A stretch of DNA of 64,000 nucleotides, from positions 2,400,001-2,464,000 of the forward strand of contig CAWGRW010000009.1 in the NCBI GenBank assembly GCA_963825135.1, given 5' to 3'. Source of the DNA: an uncultured bacterium. GTDB lineage: Bacteria > Desulfobacterota_D > UBA1144 > Nemesobacterales > UBA2774. This document shows positions 10,181 to 20,557 of the stretch, piece after piece; the stretch's first letter is position 1; each line of letters starts with the position of its first letter. The notes beneath the pieces were generated by a model that did no database searches, was not told the origin of the DNA, and worked only from the letters and a program-made list of their open reading frames with translations. Both the position numbers and the translations under genes were made by a program.

Positions 10181-10217
10181 AAAAGCCGTTACCGGTAATG
10201 TGACGCCGGAAACGGCT
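10181..10217 (-). terminator. Probable intrinsic terminator downstream of ArsR copy 2
   Basis: AGCCGTT-ACCGG...CCGGA-AACGGCT stem preceded by an A-run on +, which is a U-tail on the - strand. Confidence 0.5.
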
Positions 10218-10285
10218 CTATCTGATAGTTCTGAATTCTCTACTCTCTTCCTGAATTAGTGACTAATATCGAATAGCCATGATTA

Positions 10286-10564
10286 TCAAACCCTCATCGA
10301 CGTATTGTCTTTCCCGGTCAGGGAACCCAGAAAGAACCTCATATTCTCTATCATGCCGCTGTTAAGAGAATAAAGACGGTTTTGTCTGACTTTACGCTCA
10401 CTAACAATTTCCGCCTCCTTGAGGATTTTGAGATGGTTCGAAATGGCAGGCTTGGATATATCGAATTTACTCGCTATATCACCAGCTGCACTTTCACCGT
10501 GACTCAGAAACTCCAGGATTTTCCTTCTTGTATCGTCTGCGATAGCTTTATACGGGCAACCCAT
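10286..10564 (-). CDS. ArsR/SmtB family transcriptional regulator (copy 2)
   Basis: YKAIADDTRRKIL..AGDIASKFDISKPAISNHLKILKEA winged HTH, with an AAGGAGGT RBS. Confidence 0.88.
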   Translation of the reverse strand: MGCPYKAIADDTRRKILEFLSHGESAAGDIASKFDISKPAISNHLKILKEAEIVSERKVRQNRLYSLNSGMIENMRFFLGSLTGKDNTSMRV

Positions 10565-10833
10565 TATTTAAACCTCCTTGGCTTAATCATATGTTTCTTT
10601 GTGTATTAATTTACCCAATATTTGTTCATTCATCTACTAAAATTCCGGTGCCAGTGCTTTAAATAAATTCTTTTCAATTTAGAGATTTTGATGTCCGTCT
10701 CAAGAATATTATACCATAGAATACAAAGTAAATTAATTCTGATAGTTAATTAACTGAAATTTCCAGTGGTTTCAATTTCGTGCTCGTATGCTAATCTAAT
10801 CTCATTGCAACAGACTCAAGGAGGATCAGCGAA

Positions 10834-12306
10834 TTGAACTTCACGTACAGCGACGAAAACTTGTTAACGATAAAGACGGATATTCTAGTTCTGGGGATGT
10901 TCAAAGGGGATAGATTCTCGGGTTCTGTAAAGAATGTCAACGAAGCATTGGGTGACGCTCTGAAGAGATTATCGAAGGATGATAAATTCGATGGAGACCT
11001 CGGGAAAAGCGTCTCGTTAAACAGCACCTTAGGCAAAATCGGAGCGAAAAGGGTGCTCCTCCTGGGGCTGGGCGATAGGTCAAAGTTCTCCCCGGAGGTA
11101 GTCAGAAAAGCCGGAATTTTAACTTCTAAAAGGTTTAAAACCGCATGTGCTCACATGACGTTCGGCCCCGAGTTCTACGGGGGGCGCGGTTTCATAGCGG
11201 CCCTGGCCGAAGGCGTTATGCTGGGCGCCTACGAATTCGACAAATACAAGACGAATAACGGTCCAGAGAGTGTAATAGAAAACGTCCTCCTAAACTCCGG
11301 AGGCATCAAAGACAGGAAATTCGAGGAAGAAATCGGCCTGGCAAAGACTCTCTCTCAATCCGCGTGCCTGGTGCGGGATCTGGTTAACGAGCCGCCTGTG
11401 TATATGACTCCTTCGAGGCTCGCAGAAATAGCGAAAGCGATCGCGGAAGAGGGGAATATGAACTGCGAGGTCTTCGACTTCGAGGAGATAAAGAGAAGGG
11501 GGATGGAAGGCCTCGTAGCGGTCACCAGCGGGAGCGATGAGCCGCCGAGGTTCATACATCTCACGTATGAGCCCCGTAAGAAGGCGGATACTGCGCTTGC
11601 GGTCGTGGGGAAGGGCATCACCTTTGATTCAGGCGGTCTGTGCCTCAAACCCGCCGACAGCATGCGCACCATGAAAATGGATATGGCTGGCGCGGCGGCG
11701 GTGCTCGGAATAATGCAGGCCGTGGCGCGTCTGAAACCCTCCGTCAAGGTCCACGGGCTGATTCCCTCATGTGAAAATATGACGGGGCCGGGCGCATATA
11801 AACCGGACGATATTATAAGAGCCTATAACGGCAAAACGATCGAGGTGATCAACACGGACGCCGAGGGCAGGATTGTGCTTTCGGATGCCCTTTCCTACGC
11901 GGTGCATCTCAAGGTCGACGAGATCATCGATCTCGCGACGCTCACGGGGGCGTGCATGGTGGCGCTCGGTACATTTACCGCGGGCGTAATGGGCAATAAC
12001 CAGAAGCTGATCGACAGGATTAAAAAGGCCGCCGATCGCTCGGGGGAGAAGATGTGGCAGCTTCCGATGGACGATGAGCTCCGCCCGGAGATTAAAAGCG
12101 ACGTCGCCGACATCAAGAATGCGGGCAGCAGGTGGGGGGGAGCCATCACGGCGGCGATGTTCCTGGAAAGCTTTGTCGGGGACACACATTGGGCTCATAT
12201 AGACATCGCGGGTCCGGCGTATAACGAAAAAGAAAGCACCTGGTACCCGAAGGGCGGCACGGGGTTCGGTGTCAGGACCCTCGTTTCGTATATCATCGAC
12301 AGATAG
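10834..12306 (+). CDS. pepA: Leucyl aminopeptidase (M17)
   Basis: GKGITFDSGG, MKMDMAG, NTDAEGR and ATLTGA motifs. TTG start after AGGGAGG. Confidence 0.95.
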   Translation: MNFTYSDENLLTIKTDILVLGMFKGDRFSGSVKNVNEALGDALKRLSKDDKFDGDLGKSVSLNSTLGKIGAKRVLLLGLGDRSKFSPEVVRKAGILTSKRFKTACAHMTFGPEFYGGRGFIAALAEGVMLGAYEFDKYKTNNGPESVIENVLLNSGGIKDRKFEEEIGLAKTLSQSACLVRDLVNEPPVYMTPSRLAEIAKAIAEEGNMNCEVFDFEEIKRRGMEGLVAVTSGSDEPPRFIHLTYEPRKKADTALAVVGKGITFDSGGLCLKPADSMRTMKMDMAGAAAVLGIMQAVARLKPSVKVHGLIPSCENMTGPGAYKPDDIIRAYNGKTIEVINTDAEGRIVLSDALSYAVHLKVDEIIDLATLTGACMVALGTFTAGVMGNNQKLIDRIKKAADRSGEKMWQLPMDDELRPEIKSDVADIKNAGSRWGGAITAAMFLESFVGDTHWAHIDIAGPAYNEKESTWYPKGGTGFGVRTLVSYIIDR

Positions 12307-12358
12307 TCCGGCCGCCACATTTTAATTTTCACAAAATTTCTGCAATTGCGTCTGCGGG

Positions 12359-14011
12359 ATGAATTCGATGCACAGCCTTTTTGAATCCTTTCGTAAATAC
12401 AACTTCGTCAGATTCGATCTGAGGGGCGAGATACCCGAAGTGGAAGAAAAGGGGTTTCTTCCGTTCCTGGGCGGCAAAAAGAGGCTCGCGGTAGGAGAGA
12501 TTGAAAAGATACTATCCGCCATAGAGGCCTCGGATGAAATACTCGGGGTGCTCGTCGTGATAAGCGAGCTCAGGATAGGCCTCGCGCGCGCCAATTCCCT
12601 GAGGAGATGTTTACTAGGCCTGAGAAGAAGGGGTAAGAGGGTCTTTGTATATATAGAGAGCGGGGGGAATATCGAATACCTCATCGGCTCGGCCGGGGAA
12701 TACATTTTCATCCCTCAATGGGCGATGCTCAACCTTGTCGGTCTCAGCGCGGAAGTTACTTTTTATAAAGACATACTCGACAAACTCGGCATCTCGGCCC
12801 GGCTTAAGGGGTATGGGGAGTATAAGAGCGCGGCTGAGGCTTTCACAAGGGGAACGATGTCCCCGCCTCACAGAGAGATGGTTGACTCGATTATCCGGAA
12901 CCTTGAAACCCAGTTCGAGGAGGCCGTATCTGAAGGTAGAGGGGTCAGGATTAAGGACGTCAGGGCCGTAATAGACCGGGGCCCGTTTGTCCCGGCATCG
13001 GCACTCGGCGAGGGCCTCGTGGATTGCATTGCCTATGAGCACGAAATCGAGGACAGGGTTTCTGAGGCCGTAGGCGTTAAAGTCAGGACGATAACGGCCA
13101 GGAATCTATACAGGCTATTGAAGATAAAGGAATCGCTCGGGTCCATTGTCGGAAATTTAAGAGGCAGGGGCGGGGTAATCGCGGTCCTCACCGATACCGG
13201 CATCGTTACGCTCGGTGAAAGCATGGGGCGCGGCGGGGTCAGGACAATGGGATCGGGCTCACTGCTGTCTATTCTCGAGCGGCTCTCCAGGGACAGGGGG
13301 ATAAAGGGTCTTGTGCTCAGGATATTGACTCCGGGAGGCTCAGGAGTCGCCTCTGACCTCATAAGGAAGAGCCTGAAAAGGATTTCCGAAAAAATGCCGG
13401 TCGTGGTTTCCATGTCGGACGTATCCGCATCCGGCGGTTATCTGATAGCCCTCGGCGCCCACAGGATCGTAGCGGACCCGATGACACTCACAGGCTCCAT
13501 AGGAATCGTGTCGGGCAAGTTTGATCTTGCGGAATTTTACGGGAAGCTAGGCGTGAAAAAAGAACTCATCCCTGTCGGAAAGAGGTCCCTGATGTTCTCG
13601 GCGAGCAGAGATTTTTCGGAGGAAGAGGGGGAGAAGCTCGACGAATTGATGAGATTCTATTACTCGGAATTCGTCGGGGCTGTCTCCGAGGGGAGGGGTC
13701 TCGGCCGGGACGAAGCGGAGAAAGCTGCGAAGGGGAGGGTGTGGACCGGAGCGCAGGCAAAGGAGCTCGGGCTCGTGGATGAGCTCGGCGGGTTCGGGGA
13801 CGCCGTAGCTATTGCCGCCCGTGAGGCCGGGCTGCCCGGGGGCAGGATGCCCCGTCTGAGGTTCTACGCCCCGGACAGGGGGGTCAGGCTCGCTTCCGTG
13901 CTCGGCGGCTCGGCATACTCGGATTTATTGAAAACGGTAGTCGAGAACTTAACCCTGCCCGGCTGCGAGGGCTGCATCGCCATTATGCCCTTCCGAATAA
14001 ACGTGAGATGA
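12359..14011 (+). CDS. sppA: Signal peptide peptidase SppA (two-domain, S49)
   Basis: GEYKSAAE (Lys), SASGGY (Ser), TLTGSIG and GRVWTG.QA..GLVDELG. Confidence 0.9.
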   Translation: MNSMHSLFESFRKYNFVRFDLRGEIPEVEEKGFLPFLGGKKRLAVGEIEKILSAIEASDEILGVLVVISELRIGLARANSLRRCLLGLRRRGKRVFVYIESGGNIEYLIGSAGEYIFIPQWAMLNLVGLSAEVTFYKDILDKLGISARLKGYGEYKSAAEAFTRGTMSPPHREMVDSIIRNLETQFEEAVSEGRGVRIKDVRAVIDRGPFVPASALGEGLVDCIAYEHEIEDRVSEAVGVKVRTITARNLYRLLKIKESLGSIVGNLRGRGGVIAVLTDTGIVTLGESMGRGGVRTMGSGSLLSILERLSRDRGIKGLVLRILTPGGSGVASDLIRKSLKRISEKMPVVVSMSDVSASGGYLIALGAHRIVADPMTLTGSIGIVSGKFDLAEFYGKLGVKKELIPVGKRSLMFSASRDFSEEEGEKLDELMRFYYSEFVGAVSEGRGLGRDEAEKAAKGRVWTGAQAKELGLVDELGGFGDAVAIAAREAGLPGGRMPRLRFYAPDRGVRLASVLGGSAYSDLLKTVVENLTLPGCEGCIAIMPFRINVR

Positions 14012-14013
14012 CA

Positions 14014-14466
14014 TCAATAGAGCTTGAACTCTTTGTCGAGGATGAGGTGGCTCAAATATCCGATTACCACCGGGGTGTAGTACTCGAACCCCCCTGCGTT
14101 GAGGTCGGGTCTGATAATGGGCAGGACTATTAAAGGGGAGGGTATTATAAACGCCGCCGACAGGGAATGAGTCCATCCCCTGTGCTTGCCGATTATAGGC
14201 AGCAGCGCGAAAAATCCCAGGATCGCCGCTTTTTTATACTCTCCCGCAAGAAGGAAAATCCCGTCCAGGAGCAGAAAAAACCCGTAAAAGAGCTTTTGAG
14301 CCATGCTGCTCGTATCTATATCCGGCCATATGGAACCTAGTATGCAAAGTCCGAACCAGATGAGAGCTTCATAAGTGGGTTTATAAGAGAAGAAAAGCAC
14401 GAGCGCCGCGAGGTAAATCATGAACGCGAAAGCGCCGCCTAAAAGGTGTCCCCTATAGAGACTCAT
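14014..14466 (-). CDS. Membrane-bound metal-dependent hydrolase (YdjM-like)
   Basis: GH, PDID, HRGWTHS and SHLILD motifs between transmembrane segments. Confidence 0.85.
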   Translation of the reverse strand: MSLYRGHLLGGAFAFMIYLAALVLFFSYKPTYEALIWFGLCILGSIWPDIDTSSMAQKLFYGFFLLLDGIFLLAGEYKKAAILGFFALLPIIGKHRGWTHSLSAAFIIPSPLIVLPIIRPDLNAGGFEYYTPVVIGYLSHLILDKEFKLY

Positions 14467-15409
14467 TCTTGACTTTCAGTGTGGAAACCACAGGAAAGAA
14501 TTCTAGCCATTCGGAGAATTTGGGGTCGCGTCCCTCGACTATGTCGAAAAATCTCGATTGCAGCCTCTTGGTTATCGGCCCCGGTTTTCCCTTGCCTATA
14601 ACCCTTTTATCGACATCCCTGATGGGGGTTATTTCCGCCGCGGTTCCCGTGAAAAAGGCCTCGTCCGCAATATATAGCTCGTCCCTCGTGAAACGCTCGG
14701 TTTCTATCTCGATTCCCTCGTCCTTCGCTATTTCTATCACCGAGTCCCTGGTTATCCCTTCGAGTATGGACGTGAGGGGCGGGGTTTTCAGAATTCCGTT
14801 CCTTACGATGAAAATGTTTTCGCCGGACCCTTCCGCCACATAGCCTTCCATGTCGAGGAGTATGGCTTCGTCAAATCCGAGGGAAGTGGCTTCGATTTTG
14901 GCAAGGACGGAATTAGCGTAGTTGCCGCTGACCTTGGCCTTGGTCATAAACGAATTTACTCCCATTCTGGTAAAGGATGAGATTTTTGCGCTTATTCCCT
15001 TGGAAAGCGCGCCCTCCCCAAGGTAAGTCCCCCACGGGTAAGCGGAAATCGCAAGGGTAATAGGGTTGTCGCCGGGATGGAGGCCGACTTTTCCGCCGCC
15101 GATGAAGGCGATGGGTCTGATATACGCCTCTTCGAGGTTATTTACCGAGAGCAGGTCTATAATGGCGTTGTGCGTTTCTTCTTTGGAGTAGGGTATCTTG
15201 ATTAGCGCGATATGGGCGGACGCGTAGAGCCTGTCGATGTGCTCGGGCAGCCTGAACACAGCGGACCCCTTGTCCCCGCACTTATACGCCCTGATACCCT
15301 CGAAAACGGCCAGGCCGTAATGAAGGGTGTGCGTAAGGACGTGAACCGATGCCTGGTCCCACGGTACAAGCTCGCCGTTAAACCAGATTTTATAAGGTTT
15401 GCTGCTCAT
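14453..15409 (-). CDS. ilvE: Branched-chain amino acid aminotransferase
   Basis: LHYG.AVFEG, AKVSGNY (PLP Lys), [14 protein letters not shown] and TGTAAE motifs. Confidence 0.95.
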   Translation of the reverse strand: MSSKPYKIWFNGELVPWDQASVHVLTHTLHYGLAVFEGIRAYKCGDKGSAVFRLPEHIDRLYASAHIALIKIPYSKEETHNAIIDLLSVNNLEEAYIRPIAFIGGGKVGLHPGDNPITLAISAYPWGTYLGEGALSKGISAKISSFTRMGVNSFMTKAKVSGNYANSVLAKIEATSLGFDEAILLDMEGYVAEGSGENIFIVRNGILKTPPLTSILEGITRDSVIEIAKDEGIEIETERFTRDELYIADEAFFTGTAAEITPIRDVDKRVIGKGKPGPITKRLQSRFFDIVEGRDPKFSEWLEFFPVVSTLKVKNESL

Positions 15410-15543
15410 CCCCTCAACTCCTGTTTACCTGATAATTCGTTCGTATAATCTATAAAATATTCCTTTTTTTCCGATTAATTGTCAAGTGCTGAATTTATAA
15501 ATTTCTTGACTCGCGATAGTTTCTTTGAATAATTATAGTACTT

Positions 15544-16128
15544 ATGCCGAAAGAGGACAATGTAGGCCCGGGTCTGGTCACGATTAAAAAGTACAGTAAC
15601 CGTAGACTCTATGACTCTACCAATAAGAAATACGTCACGCTGGACGATATAGGTGCGCTCATCCGGGAAGGAAGCGAAGTAAAGGTTATCGACTCCCAGA
15701 CCGGAGCCGATATCTCCAAAGTAATACTCATTCAGGTGGTGCTTGAGAGCGAGAAGAATAAAGAAGATATCCTGCCTGTTTCTTTCCTTCACATGCTTAT
15801 CAAGTACGGGAATAAGGTCGCGAAAGACTTCTTCGAGAATTACTTCCTGATGATGTTCCAGCCGTATTTTTCCGTACAGGAGAATTTCAAGAAGAACATG
15901 AAACTCTGGCAGGAGATGGGATGGTTTCCTCCTGGAGTCAAGATGCCGCCCAATTTCGAGCTTATGAACTCACCCGAATTTTCAATGGCAGACTTGTTCA
16001 AGAGCGCTCAGGAAGAATCTGCAAAGGAAAAATCGCTTCCGCAGACCACGAGGGAAGTCGAGTTCTTAATGGAAAAAATAAAGGAACTCGAGAAAAAGGT
16101 GAAGTCTCTCGACGAGGAACAGCAGTAA
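15544..16128 (+). CDS. PHA synthesis repressor PhaR-like DNA-binding protein
   Basis: N-terminal IKKYSNRRLYD....YVTL...G.D...L.Q signature of the PHB accumulation regulator domain. Confidence 0.8.
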   Translation: MPKEDNVGPGLVTIKKYSNRRLYDSTNKKYVTLDDIGALIREGSEVKVIDSQTGADISKVILIQVVLESEKNKEDILPVSFLHMLIKYGNKVAKDFFENYFLMMFQPYFSVQENFKKNMKLWQEMGWFPPGVKMPPNFELMNSPEFSMADLFKSAQEESAKEKSLPQTTREVEFLMEKIKELEKKVKSLDEEQQ

Positions 16129-16192
16129 ACCCGGTATTTATTCTCGGGTCCTCTCGCCTATAGGCCATACCCGAAATTCCGCTTTGCAAAAT

Positions 16193-16864
16193 TCAGTTCA
16201 GTTGGACACGAGATGCATCCACGGTATTAATGCTCAGGATATCACCCTGGACCTCGACATTACGGCCGAGGAGTATGTCTTCGCATGTAATATCGTCTCC
16301 GTTAAAAACAAGATCCGTCGATTCCGATATCTGAACTATAATCGTGACTGTTTCCTGGTCGTTCTTCGCGTCGACTTCGAGGGTTCCTGTGTTTCCCGTA
16401 CAGTTGTTGGTTGACACATCCCCGTTAAACGTCACTTCGGCAAGACTGTCGAAGCTCACCGTGCCGCTGCTGAGGGTTATATCTCCAAGCTCGAGATCAG
16501 CGGTCGGATATACGCTTAACCCGATTTTGCCGAGCGAATTCGAACTGGAATCGATGAATTCGATCTGGGGACTCCCCGCGATAGGACCGTCAATGGAAAA
16601 GAAACCGGCGGCGTCCGTTACATCCGTTTCAGGCGTACCGTTATCGACTGTGATTTCAACCGTGATTCCTTCCAGGTCCTGAGCGGGGATTACATCGACT
16701 ATGGTTCCCTGGACCGTCTCAACTTCATCGTTTCCGCCGCCTCCGCCACCGCCTCCGCTATCCCCGCCTCCGAACTCGATGTCGCAGCCGCCGATAATGA
16801 AGAACGACAGGATAATGAGAGAAATTACACCCCTGTGTAAAACATTATTCAGATTAAACCTCAT
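16193..16864 (-). CDS. Hypothetical lipoprotein (Gly linker, beta-rich domains)
   Basis: Lipobox IIGG-C after a hydrophobic stretch, a poly-Gly linker, and an acidic beta-rich mature part. GAGGAGG RBS. Confidence 0.75.
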   Translation of the reverse strand: MRFNLNNVLHRGVISLIILSFFIIGGCDIEFGGGDSGGGGGGGGNDEVETVQGTIVDVIPAQDLEGITVEITVDNGTPETDVTDAAGFFSIDGPIAGSPQIEFIDSSSNSLGKIGLSVYPTADLELGDITLSSGTVSFDSLAEVTFNGDVSTNNCTGNTGTLEVDAKNDQETVTIIVQISESTDLVFNGDDITCEDILLGRNVEVQGDILSINTVDASRVQLN

Positions 16865-17001
16865 TAATCCTCCTCGATCCTCGCTTTATAATTACGAGCG
16901 CTATATCGAATATTATACCCACGACTATCGGATTTTCATTAACCGGGCTTGATTAGCCTATTAATAGTTATCATGGTAGGATTGCATGGCAAAAAAAGGG
17001 A

Positions 17002-18261
17002 ATGTTAATGGATTCATTGCCGCGCGTGCTTTTTATCAACCATTCTGTAAGAGACGGGGGTCCCGGCAAGAGCCTTTTTTACCTGCTTAAATTCCTCGAC
17101 AGAACGAAAATAAATCCTTATGTGCTGATCCCGAAGGACGACGTATTCTCGGACTGGCTCAAAAGCGAGGGTATCTACGAGAATGTTATTATCGACCCCA
17201 GGTTTCCGGAAAACCTGAAAAGACCCCGCATTACGCAATCGGGCGAGAAAAGAAATGGCGGAATATTATGTATAATATACAATAGGTTACTGCACATCCT
17301 TTCCATATTACTGAATATATTGGACCTTCTTTCACTCGTGATTACCTCGCCCTTTTTGATAAAGCGGAAGCGTATTAACGCCATATACTGCAACGGCACC
17401 CAGGCAAAAATCGTCGGGGCGCTCATGGGCGTAATTAACTGGTGTCCGGTTATCTGGCATGTAAGGAATATTCAGCAGACCAGGCTTCTGGGGTCGATAA
17501 TCAATAACCTGGCCCGACTCCCGGTGGTCAAAAAAATAATATGCGTGTCCGGCGCAACAGCGGACAGGTTCCGCCGGGGCCGGGAGAAGGTGGTAGTCGT
17601 ACATAACGGGATCGATGACAGGGATTACGATCCCGAAACTACGAAGGGCGAGGTCAGGTCCGCATACGGTATTTCATCCGATACCGTGGTCATAGGGAGC
17701 ACCGGAAGGATAGTCCCTAGAAAGGGGTATGAGTTGCTGATAAAAGCGGCCGGTATCGCAGTAAGGGAGCTTGATAGCATACGGATTAAGGCGAAATTCG
17801 TCATCGTCGGCGATACCCCCTATTTTTTCCAGGAAGATCACCTCGGCAGTTTAAAGAGACTGGTCGCGGAAGAGGGGCTTCAAGAATATTTCATTTTCAC
17901 GGGGTTTAAAAAGGACGTAAGGCCGTGCTTGAAGGATTTTGATATATTCGTGATACCCTCAAGCTATCCCGACCCGTTTCCGAGGTCCGTAATAGAGGCC
18001 ATGTCTTTTGCGCTCCCGGTGGTAGGGTTCAGGGCAGGGGGGATTGTCGAGTCTGTGGATGACGGCGTTACGGGAATTCTGAGCGAGCCCGGCAGCACGA
18101 GGGACATGGCGAACGCCATATTGAGGCTCGCCCGTGACCCGGACCTCAGGGCGTCCATGGGAGTCGCCGGCAGGGCGCGGGTCAGGGAGAAATTTTCGGC
18201 AAGCGCGGTCGCGGCGGAAATAGAAAGAATTATTCTGGAAGTCTGCGGTAACCGGGCGTGA
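17002..18261 (+). CDS. Glycosyltransferase family 4 protein
   Basis: VVHNGID, GRIVPRKG and D.FVIPS..PDPFPRSVIEAM GT-B motifs. Confidence 0.88.
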   Translation: MLMDSLPRVLFINHSVRDGGPGKSLFYLLKFLDRTKINPYVLIPKDDVFSDWLKSEGIYENVIIDPRFPENLKRPRITQSGEKRNGGILCIIYNRLLHILSILLNILDLLSLVITSPFLIKRKRINAIYCNGTQAKIVGALMGVINWCPVIWHVRNIQQTRLLGSIINNLARLPVVKKIICVSGATADRFRRGREKVVVVHNGIDDRDYDPETTKGEVRSAYGISSDTVVIGSTGRIVPRKGYELLIKAAGIAVRELDSIRIKAKFVIVGDTPYFFQEDHLGSLKRLVAEEGLQEYFIFTGFKKDVRPCLKDFDIFVIPSSYPDPFPRSVIEAMSFALPVVGFRAGGIVESVDDGVTGILSEPGSTRDMANAILRLARDPDLRASMGVAGRARVREKFSASAVAAEIERIILEVCGNRA

Positions 18262-18264
18262 TCG

Positions 18265-19647
18265 TCACGACCGTTCCCTCTGTATTTTGTCTTTCTTCCT
18301 TTCCGATCTGAAGAGTATTTTTATCGGCGTCCCCTCGAGCTGAAACTCCTCCCTCATCTTGCCCTCGAGGAACCTCCTGTAGTTCTCGGGCACGCCCTTT
18401 ATATCGTTCGTGAATATGACGAAAGTGGGCTGTTTTGTCAGAGGCTGGGATATGTAATAGAATTTAATATCCTTCCCCTTATAGACGGACGGAGGGGTTT
18501 TTGCGATTACCCTCTGCAGAAAGTTATTCAGCCTTTTGGTAGAGATTCTCTGAGAGAAATTTGCGTATACCGAATCTATCCTGTCGAAGATCTTCTCTAC
18601 CCCTCTGCCCGTGAGGGCGGAGATGATCATTACCGGCGCGTAGTCGACGGCAAGCAGGCTTTCCTTGAGAACGCCTTCTATATCGGGCGTTTCCGCGGCT
18701 TCCTTCGGTACGAGGTCCCACTTGTTGAGGAGAATTATGCACGCTCTCCCCTTGTCGCTTATCAGTTCTGCGAGCCGGGCGTCCTGGTGGGTCGGCCCTT
18801 CTCCGGCGTCGATCATGAGGAGCGCGATATCGGCCCTTTCCATCGACCTGATTGCCCTGAATACGCTGTGTCTTTCGACGGAGAACGTAATCTTGGACTT
18901 TCTTCTGATCCCCGCCGTATCTATGAGGACGTAGTCTTTACCGTTCCTCGTAATAAACGTGTCTATGGAGTCCCTGGTAGTTCCCGGGATGGGACTCGTC
19001 AACAACCGCTCCTCCCCGAGGAATTTATTCACGAGGGTGGATTTGCCGACGTTCGGCTTTCCGAGCACCGCGATTTTTATTGCGTCTTCTTCGCTCTCAT
19101 CTTCTTCGGATTCTTTGTTTTCCGGGAGGAGCTCCACTACCTTGTCGAGGAGGTCGTTGATCCTCCTTCCCTGGAGCGCCGATATATCGACGTAGTCTTG
19201 TATTCCCAGCGTATGGAATTCCATGGCCCTTGACTCGTGCTTCCTGTCGTCGATCTTGTTGACTGCGATGATGAGGGGTTTCTTTACCTTTCTCAGCATG
19301 CTCACGATATCCTTATCGTGCGGCATGACCCCCTCTTTCCCGTCCAGAACGAACAGTACGAGGTCGGCTTCGTCGATAGCGATGCCGATCTGGTTCTTGA
19401 TGAGAGACGGATAGAGCTCTTCGTCGTCCGGATCGAACCCGCCCGTATCGACGAGGCTGAACTCCACGCCTCCCCAGTCCGTATCGGCGTAAATTCTGTC
19501 CCTCGTCACGCCGGGTATGTCTTCGACGATGGACTTTCTCTCTCTTATAAGCCTGTTAAAGAGCGTGGATTTTCCGACGTTAGGCCTGCCTATAATTGCT
19601 ACGAGCGGTTTGATCCGCGATTGGGTGTGTTTCATTTCTCTATTCAT
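18265..19647 (-). CDS. der: Ribosome biogenesis GTPase Der (EngA)
   Basis: Two G domains (GRPNVGKS / GKPNVGKS, DTGG / DTAG, NKID / NKWD) and a C-terminal KH-like domain. Confidence 0.97.
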   Translation of the reverse strand: MNREMKHTQSRIKPLVAIIGRPNVGKSTLFNRLIRERKSIVEDIPGVTRDRIYADTDWGGVEFSLVDTGGFDPDDEELYPSLIKNQIGIAIDEADLVLFVLDGKEGVMPHDKDIVSMLRKVKKPLIIAVNKIDDRKHESRAMEFHTLGIQDYVDISALQGRRINDLLDKVVELLPENKESEEDESEEDAIKIAVLGKPNVGKSTLVNKFLGEERLLTSPIPGTTRDSIDTFITRNGKDYVLIDTAGIRRKSKITFSVERHSVFRAIRSMERADIALLMIDAGEGPTHQDARLAELISDKGRACIILLNKWDLVPKEAAETPDIEGVLKESLLAVDYAPVMIISALTGRGVEKIFDRIDSVYANFSQRISTKRLNNFLQRVIAKTPPSVYKGKDIKFYYISQPLTKQPTFVIFTNDIKGVPENYRRFLEGKMREEFQLEGTPIKILFRSERKKDKIQRERS

Positions 19648-19762
19648 GATTTCAGGAGCGAGCAGGGGGCGGTTTCTAATGCCGCTATTGCATACTGATT
19701 TTAACTATCGTATAATATAACTGTATTAAAGGGTTTATGCATTGTACCGACTGTTTTTATTG

Positions 19763-20518
19763 TCAATTCCGGTCCTTGTTTTTATAGTATTCCTTCACGC
19801 TCTTTAAAACGAATTCATGGTGATATGCTATCTGCTCTTCCCCGTATGCGTTTTCTTGACCGTACGGACATGCGATTCGAGAAGCGCATTTCCCGGAGCA
19901 CGTATCGGAGCTCATCCTGAACCTCATGCAAGACTCCCAGTCCCATCCCTTATCCGAAACCGTATTGGCCGGGCACGCGGCTATGCAGGGCTTGGGACAC
20001 GGCGGGCACGGATCGAATTTTTCCAGCGGCAAGTCATAATCGTCGAATTCAAGGTTCGTAATTATCGCGCCCCTGAGCGAAATCCATGTGCCGTATTCCG
20101 GATTGATTAATATGCCCAGAATGCTCGGCACCCCGACGCCGCCCAGTATCCCCAATCTCGAAAAATCCAATGCGAGCGCATTTTCTCCGAACGGGAAGAC
20201 GGTCTTATGAAATATTCCTCTCTCTTCATCCATAATGTCGTTTATACGGCCGAATATCAATGTCGAGTAGCTGTCTATGAGGTCTTCGTGTTTATGCCTG
20301 AACTCGGGGTTATTATCGAGAAAGCGCTTGAACTCGGTCCAGAAGGTACGGCCCGCAAAACCGGCCAGGATTATCGACTTCGCTCCCCTTACAAAGCTGC
20401 GCGTGCTTTCCCTGTTCGAACCCTCGTCGTATGTCTCGGATCTAATCTTTACGATGAGGTTGAATCCTGCCTCCCCGAAGCGTTTTCGCAGATCTTCGAA
20501 TATTTCGCTTGAATTCAT
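19763..20518 (-). CDS. QueG/CblC-like iron-sulfur protein
   Basis: ILINPEYGTWISLRGAII segment followed by CxxCxxxCxxxCP and C..CxxxCxSRxACP clusters. Confidence 0.65.
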   Translation of the reverse strand: MNSSEIFEDLRKRFGEAGFNLIVKIRSETYDEGSNRESTRSFVRGAKSIILAGFAGRTFWTEFKRFLDNNPEFRHKHEDLIDSYSTLIFGRINDIMDEERGIFHKTVFPFGENALALDFSRLGILGGVGVPSILGILINPEYGTWISLRGAIITNLEFDDYDLPLEKFDPCPPCPKPCIAACPANTVSDKGWDWESCMRFRMSSDTCSGKCASRIACPYGQENAYGEEQIAYHHEFVLKSVKEYYKNKDRN

Positions 20519-20557
20519 GCGCTTCCGGCCTCCGGGATGATTACGAGAGGGGGGATC

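Noticed and set aside
10640..10654. Possible sigma-54 promoter (TGGCAC on the minus strand) upstream of ArsR copy 2
   Set aside because: The -12 position reads TTTT instead of TTGC.
16733..16770. CCG/CCT/CCA triplet repeat
   Set aside because: It encodes the poly-Gly linker of the lipoprotein and is not an independent repeat.
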